From an uncultured Bacteroidota bacterium (lineage in GTDB: Bacteria; Bacteroidota; Bacteroidia; Bacteroidales; UBA12077), in contig CAJXLE010000003.1 of NCBI GenBank assembly GCA_913055895.1, positions 1 through 51,347 on the forward strand: a stretch of DNA of 51,347 nucleotides, in the 5' to 3' direction. A model generated the notes under the pieces. That model saw only the letters and a program-made list of their open reading frames with translations, did no database searches and had not been told where the DNA came from. Shown in pieces: positions 19,146-28,447 of this stretch. The position numbers and the translations under genes were made by a program. Numbering within the stretch: the stretch's first letter is position 1; each line of letters begins with the position of its first letter.

Positions 19146-19679
19146 ATGGAATCTTTTCCCAACATGCTGATGATAGGTGGTAATGCCCGCAAGTCGGGCA
19201 AAACCACTTTTATATGCCGGCTGCTCGAAGCCTGCGGAGCCGGTTACACCATCGGGGCAGCCAAGATTGCCCTGTACGATGATGAGGGCGATTTCGCCAG
19301 GCATCATCCCGAGGCCCTGCCGGAGCGTTACCTGGCCATCAATGAGCAAAAGCCCGGAAATAAGGATTCGGGGAAATATCTTGCGGCAGGTGCTGGGGAA
19401 AGCTGGTTCCTGGCAGCATTGCCGGAAAAGGAAGGTGAGGTGATGGAGCATGTTCGTGCCATCAGCCGGCGCAACGATTTGATGGTGCTGGAATCCAATA
19501 TCCTGCGCAAGAACATTGAACCCGCTTTTTTTGTTATGATCAACAACCCTGAGCGCACAACAAAAAGAAGTGCCCAAGAGCTGAACCACCTGGTGGATTA
19601 TGTCATTTATACAGGGAGCAAGGGTTTCAGCGAGCCCGGGCATTACATAGCCATAGAAAACGGTCGGTGGACCATCTGA
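19146..19679 (+). CDS. P-loop protein, MobB-like
   Basis: IGGNARKSGKTT, DSGKYLAAGA, VLESN; start at MESFPNM is uncertain. Confidence 0.6.
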   Translation: MESFPNMLMIGGNARKSGKTTFICRLLEACGAGYTIGAAKIALYDDEGDFARHHPEALPERYLAINEQKPGNKDSGKYLAAGAGESWFLAALPEKEGEVMEHVRAISRRNDLMVLESNILRKNIEPAFFVMINNPERTTKRSAQELNHLVDYVIYTGSKGFSEPGHYIAIENGRWTI

Positions 19680-19692
19680 AAAATAAGCTGCT

Positions 19693-20865
19693 ATGATCCC
19701 TTTTGATGAAGCTTTTCGCATGATGATGAGCCATGCCGTGCTTACCGGAAGTGAACGGATCTCACTGGATCATGCCCTGAGCCGCGTGCTTGTGGAAAAG
19801 GTGAAGGCCGACCGCGACATGCCGCCTTTCCATAAATCGGCAGTGGACGGTTACGCCTGCATCGATCCCCAACCCCACCAGGAGCTTGGGGTTTTGGAGA
19901 CCATTGCCGCCGGTCAGACCCCCGCACAAACCCTAACCCCGGGTTTCTGCTCCAAGGTGATGACCGGTGCACAGGTTCCCCAGGGAACCACCCACGTGGT
20001 GATGGTCGAAGACGTCAATGAGCGGGATGACCAACGTGTCCAGCTGAATCATCCCGGCTCCAAAACCAACATAGCCCTGCAGGGAGAGGATTTCAAGGCG
20101 GGTGATCCGGTGCTGTACCCCGGTACCTGGCTGAAACCCCAGCACATTGCCATTCTGGCTGCCGTAGGTCATACCCGCCCCCTGGTGGCCCTCAGGCCCG
20201 CCATTGGATTGCTCACCACCGGCAACGAGCTGGTGGAGCCACACCAACAGCCCGGTGCAGGGCAGATACGCAACACCAACGCCATCCAGCTTATCACACA
20301 GTTCCAAAGCCTGTCACTGGAGGTGAGCTATCCGGGTATTGTGGGCGACCAGGAGGAGCAGGTCCGACAGGCCATTGAGAGAAGCCTGGAAGAAAACCAC
20401 CTGACCGTGCTGACAGGGGGGGTCTCGATGGGCGACCACGACTATGTGCCTCCCATGATGGAAAAAGCCGGTGTGGAGATACTTTTCCATAAGATCGCCA
20501 TGAAACCGGGCAAGCCAACCATTTTTGGGAAGAAAGGCGACAGGCTGATCATCGGTCTCCCGGGCAACCCGGTCTCCACCTTTTTGCAGTTTGAGATGCT
20601 GATCAAACCCCTGCTGTACAAGATGATGGGAGGCTCCTATAAGCCCGGGCTTTGCCGTGTGCCCCTGGCCCATGAGGTGCGCCAGAAAAAGTCGGACCGC
20701 GACAGCTGGAAGCCCGTGCGGGTAGCCGATGGCAAGGTCCATGTCCTGCCCTACCACGGCTCCGGGCACCTGCATGCCCTTCGCCTGGCCGAAGGGTTCA
20801 TCTGCATACCGGCGGGAACAACCCTGTTAAAAGAAGGGAGTGGTGTCGATGTACGACCAGTATAA
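19693..20865 (+). CDS. moeA: Molybdopterin molybdo/tungstotransferase MoeA
   Basis: SAVDGYA, MTGA, TGNEL, TGGVSMGDHD, MKPGKP, LPGNPVS. Confidence 0.95.
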   Translation: MIPFDEAFRMMMSHAVLTGSERISLDHALSRVLVEKVKADRDMPPFHKSAVDGYACIDPQPHQELGVLETIAAGQTPAQTLTPGFCSKVMTGAQVPQGTTHVVMVEDVNERDDQRVQLNHPGSKTNIALQGEDFKAGDPVLYPGTWLKPQHIAILAAVGHTRPLVALRPAIGLLTTGNELVEPHQQPGAGQIRNTNAIQLITQFQSLSLEVSYPGIVGDQEEQVRQAIERSLEENHLTVLTGGVSMGDHDYVPPMMEKAGVEILFHKIAMKPGKPTIFGKKGDRLIIGLPGNPVSTFLQFEMLIKPLLYKMMGGSYKPGLCRVPLAHEVRQKKSDRDSWKPVRVADGKVHVLPYHGSGHLHALRLAEGFICIPAGTTLLKEGSGVDVRPV

Positions 20866-21649
20866 CCGAAATATCAATTACCTGCGCGTATCGGTCACCG
20901 ATAAGTGCAACCTGCGTTGTTACTACTGCATGCCGGCGGAAGGCGTGAAGCTGCTGCGGCATAAAGATATACTCTCTTATGAGGAGATTGTGGAAGTGGT
21001 GCGCCATGGTGTCGGCCATGGCATCAACAAGGTGCGTCTGACGGGCGGCGAACCCCTGGTGAGACGGGAAATAACCAGGCTGGTGGCCATGCTCTCCCGC
21101 ATACAGGGTATTGACGATCTGTCCATGTCGACCAACGCCGTGTTCCTGTCCGACCATGCCCGGGCGCTGGCCGAGGCCGGTCTTAACCGTGTGAACGTGA
21201 GCCTCGACACGCTGGACCCCGAAAAATACAGAAAGATTACCCGGGGCGGCGAACTGGCTCGAGCGCTGGAAGGTATAGAGGCGGCCCGCCAGGCCGGTTT
21301 GCAACCCATCAAGCTCAATGTGGTGAAACACCGGTATTTCGATGAGAACGACCGGAAGGCTTTGATGCGTTTTGGCGGGCGTTACGGCTACCCGGTGCGT
21401 TTGATCCGGGAGATGAACCTGGAAAAGGGCCTTTTCTCAGTGGTGGAAGGCGGCAGCGGGGGCGACTGTCCACACTGCAACAGGCTCCGACTGACGCCCA
21501 ACGGCAGAATAAAGCCATGCCTGTTCAGCAACCTGGCCTACGACATCAGGGAGTTGGGTATAGAGGAAGCCTACAGGCTGGCCCTGGAGAACAAGCCCTT
21601 TAGCGGGTCGGTGAACGATTCATGCACCTTCTACCGCATGGGCGGATAG
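20849..21649 (+). CDS. moaA: GTP 3',8-cyclase MoaA
   Basis: YLRVSVTDKCNLRCYYCM (CxxxCxxC), CPHCNRLRLT...KPC, C-terminal GG. Confidence 0.95.
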   Translation: MYDQYNRNINYLRVSVTDKCNLRCYYCMPAEGVKLLRHKDILSYEEIVEVVRHGVGHGINKVRLTGGEPLVRREITRLVAMLSRIQGIDDLSMSTNAVFLSDHARALAEAGLNRVNVSLDTLDPEKYRKITRGGELARALEGIEAARQAGLQPIKLNVVKHRYFDENDRKALMRFGGRYGYPVRLIREMNLEKGLFSVVEGGSGGDCPHCNRLRLTPNGRIKPCLFSNLAYDIRELGIEEAYRLALENKPFSGSVNDSCTFYRMGG

Positions 21650-21778
21650 ATGCAGGGAGATCCGGCCCATGCTGACCGCGCAACGAATGAACAGGTCCCG
21701 GATAAATGGAGTTGTACAAAGCATTGTTGCCACATTAAGAAGTTTTTACCACACTGAGAAAAAGAAGAGGCGCCATCT

Positions 21779-22234
21779 ATGGAACAGTTCAGTCATACCG
21801 ATGATCAGGGCAAAGCCCGTATGGTGGATGTTGGCGGCAAGCCCGACCAGCAACGGCTGGCCCGTGCCGAAGGATTCATCCGCCTGCAGGAGGCCACCCT
21901 CAGGCTTATCCGCGACAACGAGATGAAAAAGGGTGATGTGCTTGCGGTGTCGGAAATAGCCGGAATACAGGCTGCCAAGCGCACCGGTGAGCTGATGCCC
22001 CTGTGCCACACGGTACCCCTGACCCACGTCTCGGTACAGGCTATCCTGGAGGAGGGCGGGGTCAAGGTTGTCTCTGAGGTGAGCTGTACCGCTAAAACGG
22101 GAGTGGAGATGGAAGCCCTCACCGCCGTCAGCACCGCCCTGCTGAATGTTTACGACATGTGCAAGGCTGTGGACAGCAACATGCAAATCGACGGCATACG
22201 CCTGGTGGAAAAGAAAAAGGAGCCGAAGCCATGA
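21779..22234 (+). CDS. moaC: Cyclic pyranopterin monophosphate synthase MoaC
   Basis: ARMVDV, KGDVL, LMPLCH, TGVEMEALT, YDMCKAVD. Confidence 0.96.
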   Translation: MEQFSHTDDQGKARMVDVGGKPDQQRLARAEGFIRLQEATLRLIRDNEMKKGDVLAVSEIAGIQAAKRTGELMPLCHTVPLTHVSVQAILEEGGVKVVSEVSCTAKTGVEMEALTAVSTALLNVYDMCKAVDSNMQIDGIRLVEKKKEPKP

Positions 22235-23169
22235 AGCATTCCCGCATCACCGTCACCCATGTCAACATTTCCCTGAAGAAGGGAACCATCAAACAACCGG
22301 TGCAGGAAGCTGTTCTCGACAGCCACGGCCTGCAGGGCAATGCCCGGGAAGGTCCCTGGCACCGGCAGGTGAGCATGATCGCCCAGCAAAGCCTCGATGG
22401 TTTTTATCATAAGACAGGGCGCAGGGTACAGCCGGGGGAGTTTGCCGAAAACCTGACCATTGGAGGACTCGACCTGACCAGGGTGCAGCTGCTCGACCGT
22501 TTTGTTAACCAGGATCTTGTCCTGGAGGTCACCCAACGGGGCAAGAAATGCCACGGCGATGATTGCGCCATCTTCCGCGAAGTAGGCAAATGTGCCATGC
22601 CCGAAGAAGGAATTTTTACCCGGGTTGTGAAAGGCGGGACATTGCGGGCTGGTGATGTCCTTGATTATAAGCCCAAAGTATATAAAGCCCTGGTGCTTAC
22701 CCTGAGCGACCGTGCAGCGGCGGGCATATACCCCGATAAGAGCGGGGAGAAGATTGAAAAACAGCTGAATAACTTTCTGGGAGCGCATTTTCTCCATCAC
22801 TCGGTGGAGCGGCAGGTCATCCCCGATGAACAGGATCAATTGCTCAATGCCCTGCAAAAAGCACGTTCTGAAAAGTATGATGTGGTGGTCACCACCGGTG
22901 GCACCGGCATCGGCCGCCGCGACATTGCCCCGCAGACAGCCCGCCTGTTGATGGACCGGGAAATACCCGGCATCATGGAGATGGTCCGGATGAAATACGG
23001 CGCCGGTAACCCCCGGGCCCTGCTGAGCCGCTCGGTGGCCGGGGTGATGGGCCAAACACTTGTCTATACCCTGCCCGGCAGCTCAAAGGCCGTGGACGAA
23101 TACCTTCAGGTGATCCTCCCTACCCTCCGTCACAGCATCTTTATGCTCCACGGACTGGATGTACATTGA
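22231..23169 (+). CDS. MOSC domain + MogA/MoaB molybdopterin adenylyltransferase fusion
   Basis: N-term RQVS...GEFAENLT...GKKCH..C.IF...C.MP.EGIF (MOSC); C-term LSDR...DKSG, TTGGTG...D, LPGS. Confidence 0.88.
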   Translation: MKHSRITVTHVNISLKKGTIKQPVQEAVLDSHGLQGNAREGPWHRQVSMIAQQSLDGFYHKTGRRVQPGEFAENLTIGGLDLTRVQLLDRFVNQDLVLEVTQRGKKCHGDDCAIFREVGKCAMPEEGIFTRVVKGGTLRAGDVLDYKPKVYKALVLTLSDRAAAGIYPDKSGEKIEKQLNNFLGAHFLHHSVERQVIPDEQDQLLNALQKARSEKYDVVVTTGGTGIGRRDIAPQTARLLMDREIPGIMEMVRMKYGAGNPRALLSRSVAGVMGQTLVYTLPGSSKAVDEYLQVILPTLRHSIFMLHGLDVH

Positions 23170-23187
23170 ATGCCCTGTCAATATGCT

Positions 23188-23236
23188 GCCACCACCCCGC
23201 TTAGCGCCTTTTTCAGGCGCTTAGCGGGATGGTGGC
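23188..23236. terminator. Long GC-rich hairpin between convergent Moco and fdhD units
   Basis: GCCACCA-CCCCGCT-TAGCGCCT / AGGCGCT-TAGCGGG-ATGGTGGC; no strong U tract. Confidence 0.55.
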
Positions 23237-23245
23237 GGAGCTTTG

Positions 23246-23941
23246 CTAGTCCCCAAAAGCCTCCTCCCTGTTGTAGATGTTCATCCGATCACCCCTGACG
23301 AAGCCGGCCAGGGCGATGTTGTGTTCGCGGGCAATCTCGAGGGCCCGGTCGGTGGGCGGACTGGTGGAGACGATCACTGGAAAGCCTGCCGCCACAGCCT
23401 TGCTGATGATGCTGCTGGAGATGCGGCAGCTGAGAAGCAGGATCTTATCCAGAAGTGATTCATTTTGCAGCAGGCTCCAGCCGATGAGCTTGTCCAGGGC
23501 ATTGTGCCTTCCGATGTCGTCGAAATGCCGGCGGATGCCATTTGCCTCGGCCACAGCGGCCGTGTGGACCGCCCCGGTTGCTTTAAAATCTTCGGACAAT
23601 CCCGCAAACTCGTCCATCCATTCCAGGACCCTTCCGGCCGGCACGGTGAGGGTGGTATCCGGTCCTTGTGGTTCGAGAATCTCTACGTTTCGGTCCACTT
23701 CAACATAGGCGGTTTGCTTTTCCATCTCATAATGGAAAGAGCGGAGGTCGCTGGTCGTACGGATGCGACCGGTGGTGAAAAGGTAACCTGTGATCATCTC
23801 ATTGATGTGGCGGCCCGAGCAGGGCTTCAGCAAGGGCTCCTGACCGTTGATGATCAGCTGCAGGGGAACCTCGCTGATGATGTAGTCTTCTGTTTCCCGG
23901 CGCCGGCCTTTTTCAATCTGCGTGATGCCAATTTTTTTCAT
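23246..23941 (-). CDS. fdhD: Formate dehydrogenase accessory sulfurtransferase FdhD (lacks the CxxC loop)
   Basis: EVPL...NG, TGAVHTAA, DIGRHNALDKLIG, LAGFVRG. Confidence 0.88.
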   Translation of the reverse strand: MKKIGITQIEKGRRRETEDYIISEVPLQLIINGQEPLLKPCSGRHINEMITGYLFTTGRIRTTSDLRSFHYEMEKQTAYVEVDRNVEILEPQGPDTTLTVPAGRVLEWMDEFAGLSEDFKATGAVHTAAVAEANGIRRHFDDIGRHNALDKLIGWSLLQNESLLDKILLLSCRISSSIISKAVAAGFPVIVSTSPPTDRALEIAREHNIALAGFVRGDRMNIYNREEAFGD

Positions 23942-23977
23942 AACGTACTTCCTTTTTCATCCTTTTACCTGATGGAA

Positions 23978-24583
23978 CTAATCCCGCTGAAGCGGGAACG
24001 TTTCATAGTATTGAAGTTCTTCGGGGGTGTTGATGTTGATGAACGGGGTTGAGACATCTGTTTGCCAATAATGAACAGGTATTTGGTTTAGAAACGATTT
24101 TACTGAAAGATCGTTTTTGGTTCTCAGCCAGTATTCCAATTGCTCTTTGACTGCCACCGGGTAAACCGCAAAGAGGGGTTCGGGTCCCTGTTTGGCATAA
24201 GGGATGACAGCGTGACGGGGGTGTTGTTGAGAGAGCTGCATGAGTTTGCTGATGGCAGTTTTTTGCAGGAAAGGCATGTCGCCGGCCACTGTAAAAACAT
24301 GTGAGCTGCCGGCATGGTGCATGGCCGAGTGTATGCCCCCCAGCGGGCCTTTGTCCACCATTATGTCGTGATGTGTTTTAAACCCGCCAAACGAACGATA
24401 GCTATCAGGATGATTGGTGATCAATAGAATATCATCAAATAGCTTCTCCAGAGCCTGCAGCTGATGTTCCAGCAATGTCAGACCCTTTAAATGGACCAGC
24501 GGCTTTTGTTTGCCACCAAAACGCCGGGCCTTCCCGCCTGCAAGGATCACTGCTGTGCCTGATTGTTTGCTGGTGTAAATCAT
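23978..24583 (-). CDS. mobA: Molybdenum cofactor guanylyltransferase
   Basis: ILAGGKARRFGG..K, GPLGGI, DMPF, EPLFAVY, NINTPEE; start uncertain (24583 or 24631). Confidence 0.9.
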   Translation of the reverse strand: MIYTSKQSGTAVILAGGKARRFGGKQKPLVHLKGLTLLEHQLQALEKLFDDILLITNHPDSYRSFGGFKTHHDIMVDKGPLGGIHSAMHHAGSSHVFTVAGDMPFLQKTAISKLMQLSQQHPRHAVIPYAKQGPEPLFAVYPVAVKEQLEYWLRTKNDLSVKSFLNQIPVHYWQTDVSTPFININTPEELQYYETFPLQRD

Positions 24584-24789
24584 TACGATGTAAAGATAGA
24601 AAATTCGCCGGGGCATTGCCTGGCAAATCATCTTTCGGTCAATTTTTTCGCCGGCACAACAGGGTGATTTGAATCGGATGGATCATACAACAGGAGGCAA
24701 TTAAATCTGTTGAATGTCAGTTTTTTTATTATAAAATTCTTAACTTGTCGGTGAGGTCTTATAAATATTTATCTGGTAAAATTTTTGTG

Positions 24790-25503
24790 ATGAAACTTTT
24801 AATAACAATTGCCCTGGGCTTTTTGCTCCCGGTTTTTGCCTTTGCCCAAACCGAAGAAGAAACCGATGTTCCCCAGAATGTTTATATCAATATTCCCGGT
24901 AGGAGCATGATTAGGCTTGAAGCATCGAGTGGGTTAGAGATTCCCAAATCTCGACTGAAAGGAACACCTTACCTTTTTGAAGAATGGAGAACCGGTAGAT
25001 TGGTGGTGGAGGGAAATAGAGTCGTAAACAATTTCACCTTCAATTTGAATGTATACCGCAACCGTCTCGATTTTAAACATGAGGGTGATTTGATGTCCAT
25101 TACACAGCCCGAAAGGATGGTCCGGTTGGAATATGGTGACCGCATTTTTCATTACAGGTCCTATAAAGAACGAAAGAAGACCAAAGATGCTTATATGGAG
25201 TTGTTGGCCGATGGACCGGTGGTGCTTTATAAGAGGTTTGAATGTAAACTCCTGGAGCCAAGCTATAATGAAGCCCTGGCAGTAGGTGACCGAAACTACC
25301 GACTGATCCACCATCACGATTACTATCTTGGGCATGCTGATAAGCTCTTGTTAGAGATCAAGACAAAAAAGCGGTCCGTTCTCAAAGCTTTGCCGAATAA
25401 AAAAGATAAGGTTCGGAAATATTTAAAAACAAATGGATTAAACCTGAAAGATGAGTATGATTTGATAAGGTTGATCCGCTATTACAATACGATTGGAGAA
25501 TAG
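24790..25503 (+). CDS. Secreted hypothetical protein
   Basis: Signal peptide ending AFA-Q; GTPYLFEEW..G motif; C-terminal L.RLIRYYN. Confidence 0.75.
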   Translation: MKLLITIALGFLLPVFAFAQTEEETDVPQNVYINIPGRSMIRLEASSGLEIPKSRLKGTPYLFEEWRTGRLVVEGNRVVNNFTFNLNVYRNRLDFKHEGDLMSITQPERMVRLEYGDRIFHYRSYKERKKTKDAYMELLADGPVVLYKRFECKLLEPSYNEALAVGDRNYRLIHHHDYYLGHADKLLLEIKTKKRSVLKALPNKKDKVRKYLKTNGLNLKDEYDLIRLIRYYNTIGE

Positions 25504-25562
25504 CAGGGACTGATCGCCCAACAATTGGGGTTTTGGGCCCTGGAGAGAAAGGAGGGGGAGGG

Positions 25563-28394
25563 ATGATGTTTCGTTTGCTGTTTTATGGTTTGATGGGGCT
25601 TTTATCAATACTGGCCATAAGTTTTACCCTGTATACGAACCACCCGGCTGATGAGTTGTCGGTCAAACTTGAGGACTGGCATCGGGTAAATCTTACCGAC
25701 CGGTTGTTTCTGCATGTGGATAAGGACATCCTGCTTCCCGGAGAGGCCCTTTGGTTCAAGGCCTATTGCATGAATGCCAATCCGGACATTTTGAAGGACA
25801 CCAGCAGGTTTTTGGAAGTAGCCCTGATGGATGCCAGGGGCCGTAGGCAGGCCGAAGGCCTGTTTCGCATAAAAAACCTGACTTCATCCGGCTCCCTGAA
25901 AATCCCTGAAAGTATCAGGTCCGGTCATTACCAGCTGGTTGCCTATACCGATATGATGAGGCGAAAGGACTCAGGTTTTTTTTATTCGCGTTCAATACGC
26001 ATATACCGACATCTGCCGGGTCTTTTCATCGAAGGTATTTTTTCGGCCGATGTTTACCATCCCGGACAAAAGGTGCGGATTCGTTTGTATGCCCGCAACA
26101 GAGATCATAAGCCCTTACGGGAGGTACCCTTTAAGTACAAACTGGAAAAGGGCAACCAAACCCTGGCCAGGGGCAAAGGGAATACGGATCAGAAAGGATT
26201 TCAGGATCTTTATTTTGACTTGCCGGGCGCCCTGGAACTTCATCAGCCAGTGCGGTTGAATGTTCAAGTTGATCATATGGGTCATGAACTGGAGGAAAGC
26301 ATCGTTGTTCCCACCAGTTCACTTAAGCTACACCTGGATTTCTACCCGGTGGGCGGCCATCGTGTAAGGTGCCTGAGCAACCGCATGGCTTTTAAAGCGA
26401 CCGATCACCTGGGGCGGCCGGTGGATGTGAAGGGCTACCTTTTTGATCAAAACAACCGCATTGTTGGACGTTTTGAAAGTTTTTTCAATGGCATGGGAAT
26501 GATCGATCTGTTAAGCGACCCTGGCCACAAGCTCAATGCCAGGATTACCCATCCTTTCTTTACCCCGGAAAGCTACCCGGTGCCTGAAGCCCTGGATAAT
26601 GGGTTTGTGTTGGATGTCAGTCAAAACACAGAAACGAGCCTGCAGACAGTTATCCGTACCAGTCCTGTGCTTCAGGGTAAACAGGTTGTGCTGTTGGCGC
26701 ACCGCAACGGATCGGTTTATCACAGGGAACAGTTTCATCCGGGTCATGAAGACCTTATAAACCTGCCCCTGTCGTCATTGCCGATGGGTGTTTTAACCCT
26801 TACCCTTTTTGATCACCATGGGATACCCCGTGCGGAAAGGCTGGTGTTTATAAAAAGGCACAAAAGCCTCCACGTAGAGGTACATACAAGTCGAAAAGTT
26901 TACAGGACCAAAGATTCGGTTGCACTGGACATTCGGGTAGAGGATCATGCGAACCAACCTGTATCAGGAGAAGTATCCCTTTCGGTAAGCAATCTTGAGC
27001 GGTTCCTGAATCCTGGACAGGAGGCCGGCATCCTTGCCGGACAGTTGCTTTCTCATGAAGTGAAGGGTCACATATGGGATGTTGATGCTTATTTTGACGG
27101 GAAGCCGCGTGCCGATACGCTCCTCGATCATCTTCTGCTTATTCAGGGTTGGCGGCAATTTTCATGGGAAGAGATATCCGCCCATCCTATAGATGATATG
27201 TCCCTTCCCAAAAACGAAGCCTTTCTCTCCGGGATCATCAGCCACCGAAAAGGCGGGAGTGCCCGTTATGGCCGTGTGGAGCTTTTTTCTCCGAAAGTGC
27301 CCTTGAAGGAATCTTTGCTGGTTGAGCATCTGAAAGATAAAAATTCAAAGCTCCAACTGGCCAATCCTGAATTTTTCCGCTATATAAGGAAAAAAGCCGA
27401 TAAAAGGGGTCTCTTCCTGTTTACGGTAGATGAGTTTGCCCGGGTGGCAGATACAGGCACCCTATATATACGTGCTTTTAAGAGAAACGGAAGCAGACGG
27501 GTTGAAATAGAGCTGTTTGATCATTATGAACAGCAGCTGGTCAATGGATCATCGGGAATGGCTGATGGGGATCCTTACTTATCGGGTGTGTCCATTTTTG
27601 AAGCTGCGCCCCCGGTTGCTGATGAGATGCCAGGGATAGACAGGAGCAAAGATTCTTACAGCCGTTTTGATGAGGAAACGGTTTATTTGGAAGAGGTTGT
27701 TGTGACGGCACCCAAACCCCTGGAAGTGCCTTATGAGCTGAAGAAGCGGGGGTATTCCCAGATGGAGGTGACGGAAGAAGAGTTGAAACACACTTTTATG
27801 CGTGCTCAGAATGGATTTTTGGAATTGCTCTATCATGTGACTTCCGATTTTTATATCCTGGGCAATAAGATCATTTTCAGGGGTTTTAAATCAATGAACC
27901 CCGGGCAGGAAAGTGGGGCATTGATTGTGCTGGATGGCATTCCATATGGTGAGAACTACCATGCCATGGACGACCTGTCGCTGGAAAATATCAGTAGCAT
28001 CAGGGTGGTAAAGAATCCGGGAGCTTCACTGATATATGAGACCGGACATACAGGAGGTCTGATCATTGTGGAAACCAAGACCTATGATGAGAGCCGGGTC
28101 AACCTGTTTAAGGATAATTTTTCTCTGATAGAGGGTTACCGGGTGGAGCGGGAATTCTACTCTCCCCGGTATGTTACAAAAGAGGAAAAAATCAACACCC
28201 TTGACACCAGAAATACTTTGTACTGGAATCCCTCCATTCAACTCGATTCACTGGGCAGGGCACGTGTAATTTTCTACAATTCCGACCAGGCCATGGAGGC
28301 CTTATGCATTGCTAATGTATGTAACGGCCTCCTTATGGGGCAGGGCAAACACCGTTACAGGGTTTATGGTATTGACCCCGAATACGGGGATTAG
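25563..28394 (+). CDS. MG2 (macroglobulin-like) domain protein with C-terminal TonB-plug-like domain
   Basis: LFLHVDK..LPGE.LWFKAY, DFYPVGG, LLLIQGWRQF, LEEVVVTA, IVLDG, DTRNTLYWNP. Confidence 0.75.
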   Translation: MMFRLLFYGLMGLLSILAISFTLYTNHPADELSVKLEDWHRVNLTDRLFLHVDKDILLPGEALWFKAYCMNANPDILKDTSRFLEVALMDARGRRQAEGLFRIKNLTSSGSLKIPESIRSGHYQLVAYTDMMRRKDSGFFYSRSIRIYRHLPGLFIEGIFSADVYHPGQKVRIRLYARNRDHKPLREVPFKYKLEKGNQTLARGKGNTDQKGFQDLYFDLPGALELHQPVRLNVQVDHMGHELEESIVVPTSSLKLHLDFYPVGGHRVRCLSNRMAFKATDHLGRPVDVKGYLFDQNNRIVGRFESFFNGMGMIDLLSDPGHKLNARITHPFFTPESYPVPEALDNGFVLDVSQNTETSLQTVIRTSPVLQGKQVVLLAHRNGSVYHREQFHPGHEDLINLPLSSLPMGVLTLTLFDHHGIPRAERLVFIKRHKSLHVEVHTSRKVYRTKDSVALDIRVEDHANQPVSGEVSLSVSNLERFLNPGQEAGILAGQLLSHEVKGHIWDVDAYFDGKPRADTLLDHLLLIQGWRQFSWEEISAHPIDDMSLPKNEAFLSGIISHRKGGSARYGRVELFSPKVPLKESLLVEHLKDKNSKLQLANPEFFRYIRKKADKRGLFLFTVDEFARVADTGTLYIRAFKRNGSRRVEIELFDHYEQQLVNGSSGMADGDPYLSGVSIFEAAPPVADEMPGIDRSKDSYSRFDEETVYLEEVVVTAPKPLEVPYELKKRGYSQMEVTEEELKHTFMRAQNGFLELLYHVTSDFYILGNKIIFRGFKSMNPGQESGALIVLDGIPYGENYHAMDDLSLENISSIRVVKNPGASLIYETGHTGGLIIVETKTYDESRVNLFKDNFSLIEGYRVEREFYSPRYVTKEEKINTLDTRNTLYWNPSIQLDSLGRARVIFYNSDQAMEALCIANVCNGLLMGQGKHRYRVYGIDPEYGD

Positions 28395-28429
28395 AAAAAA
28401 GAAGGCTGTCCGTGAAGACAGCCTTCTTT
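28395..28429. terminator. Bidirectional intrinsic terminator
   Basis: AAAAAAGAAGGCTGTC-CGTGAA-GACAGCCTTCTTT between convergent genes. Confidence 0.85.
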
Positions 28430-28447
28430 GCCGGGATGTATGTTTGT

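Noticed and set aside
21669-21926. 85-aa ORF between moaA and moaC
   Set aside because: Overlaps moaC out of frame and has no recognisable motif
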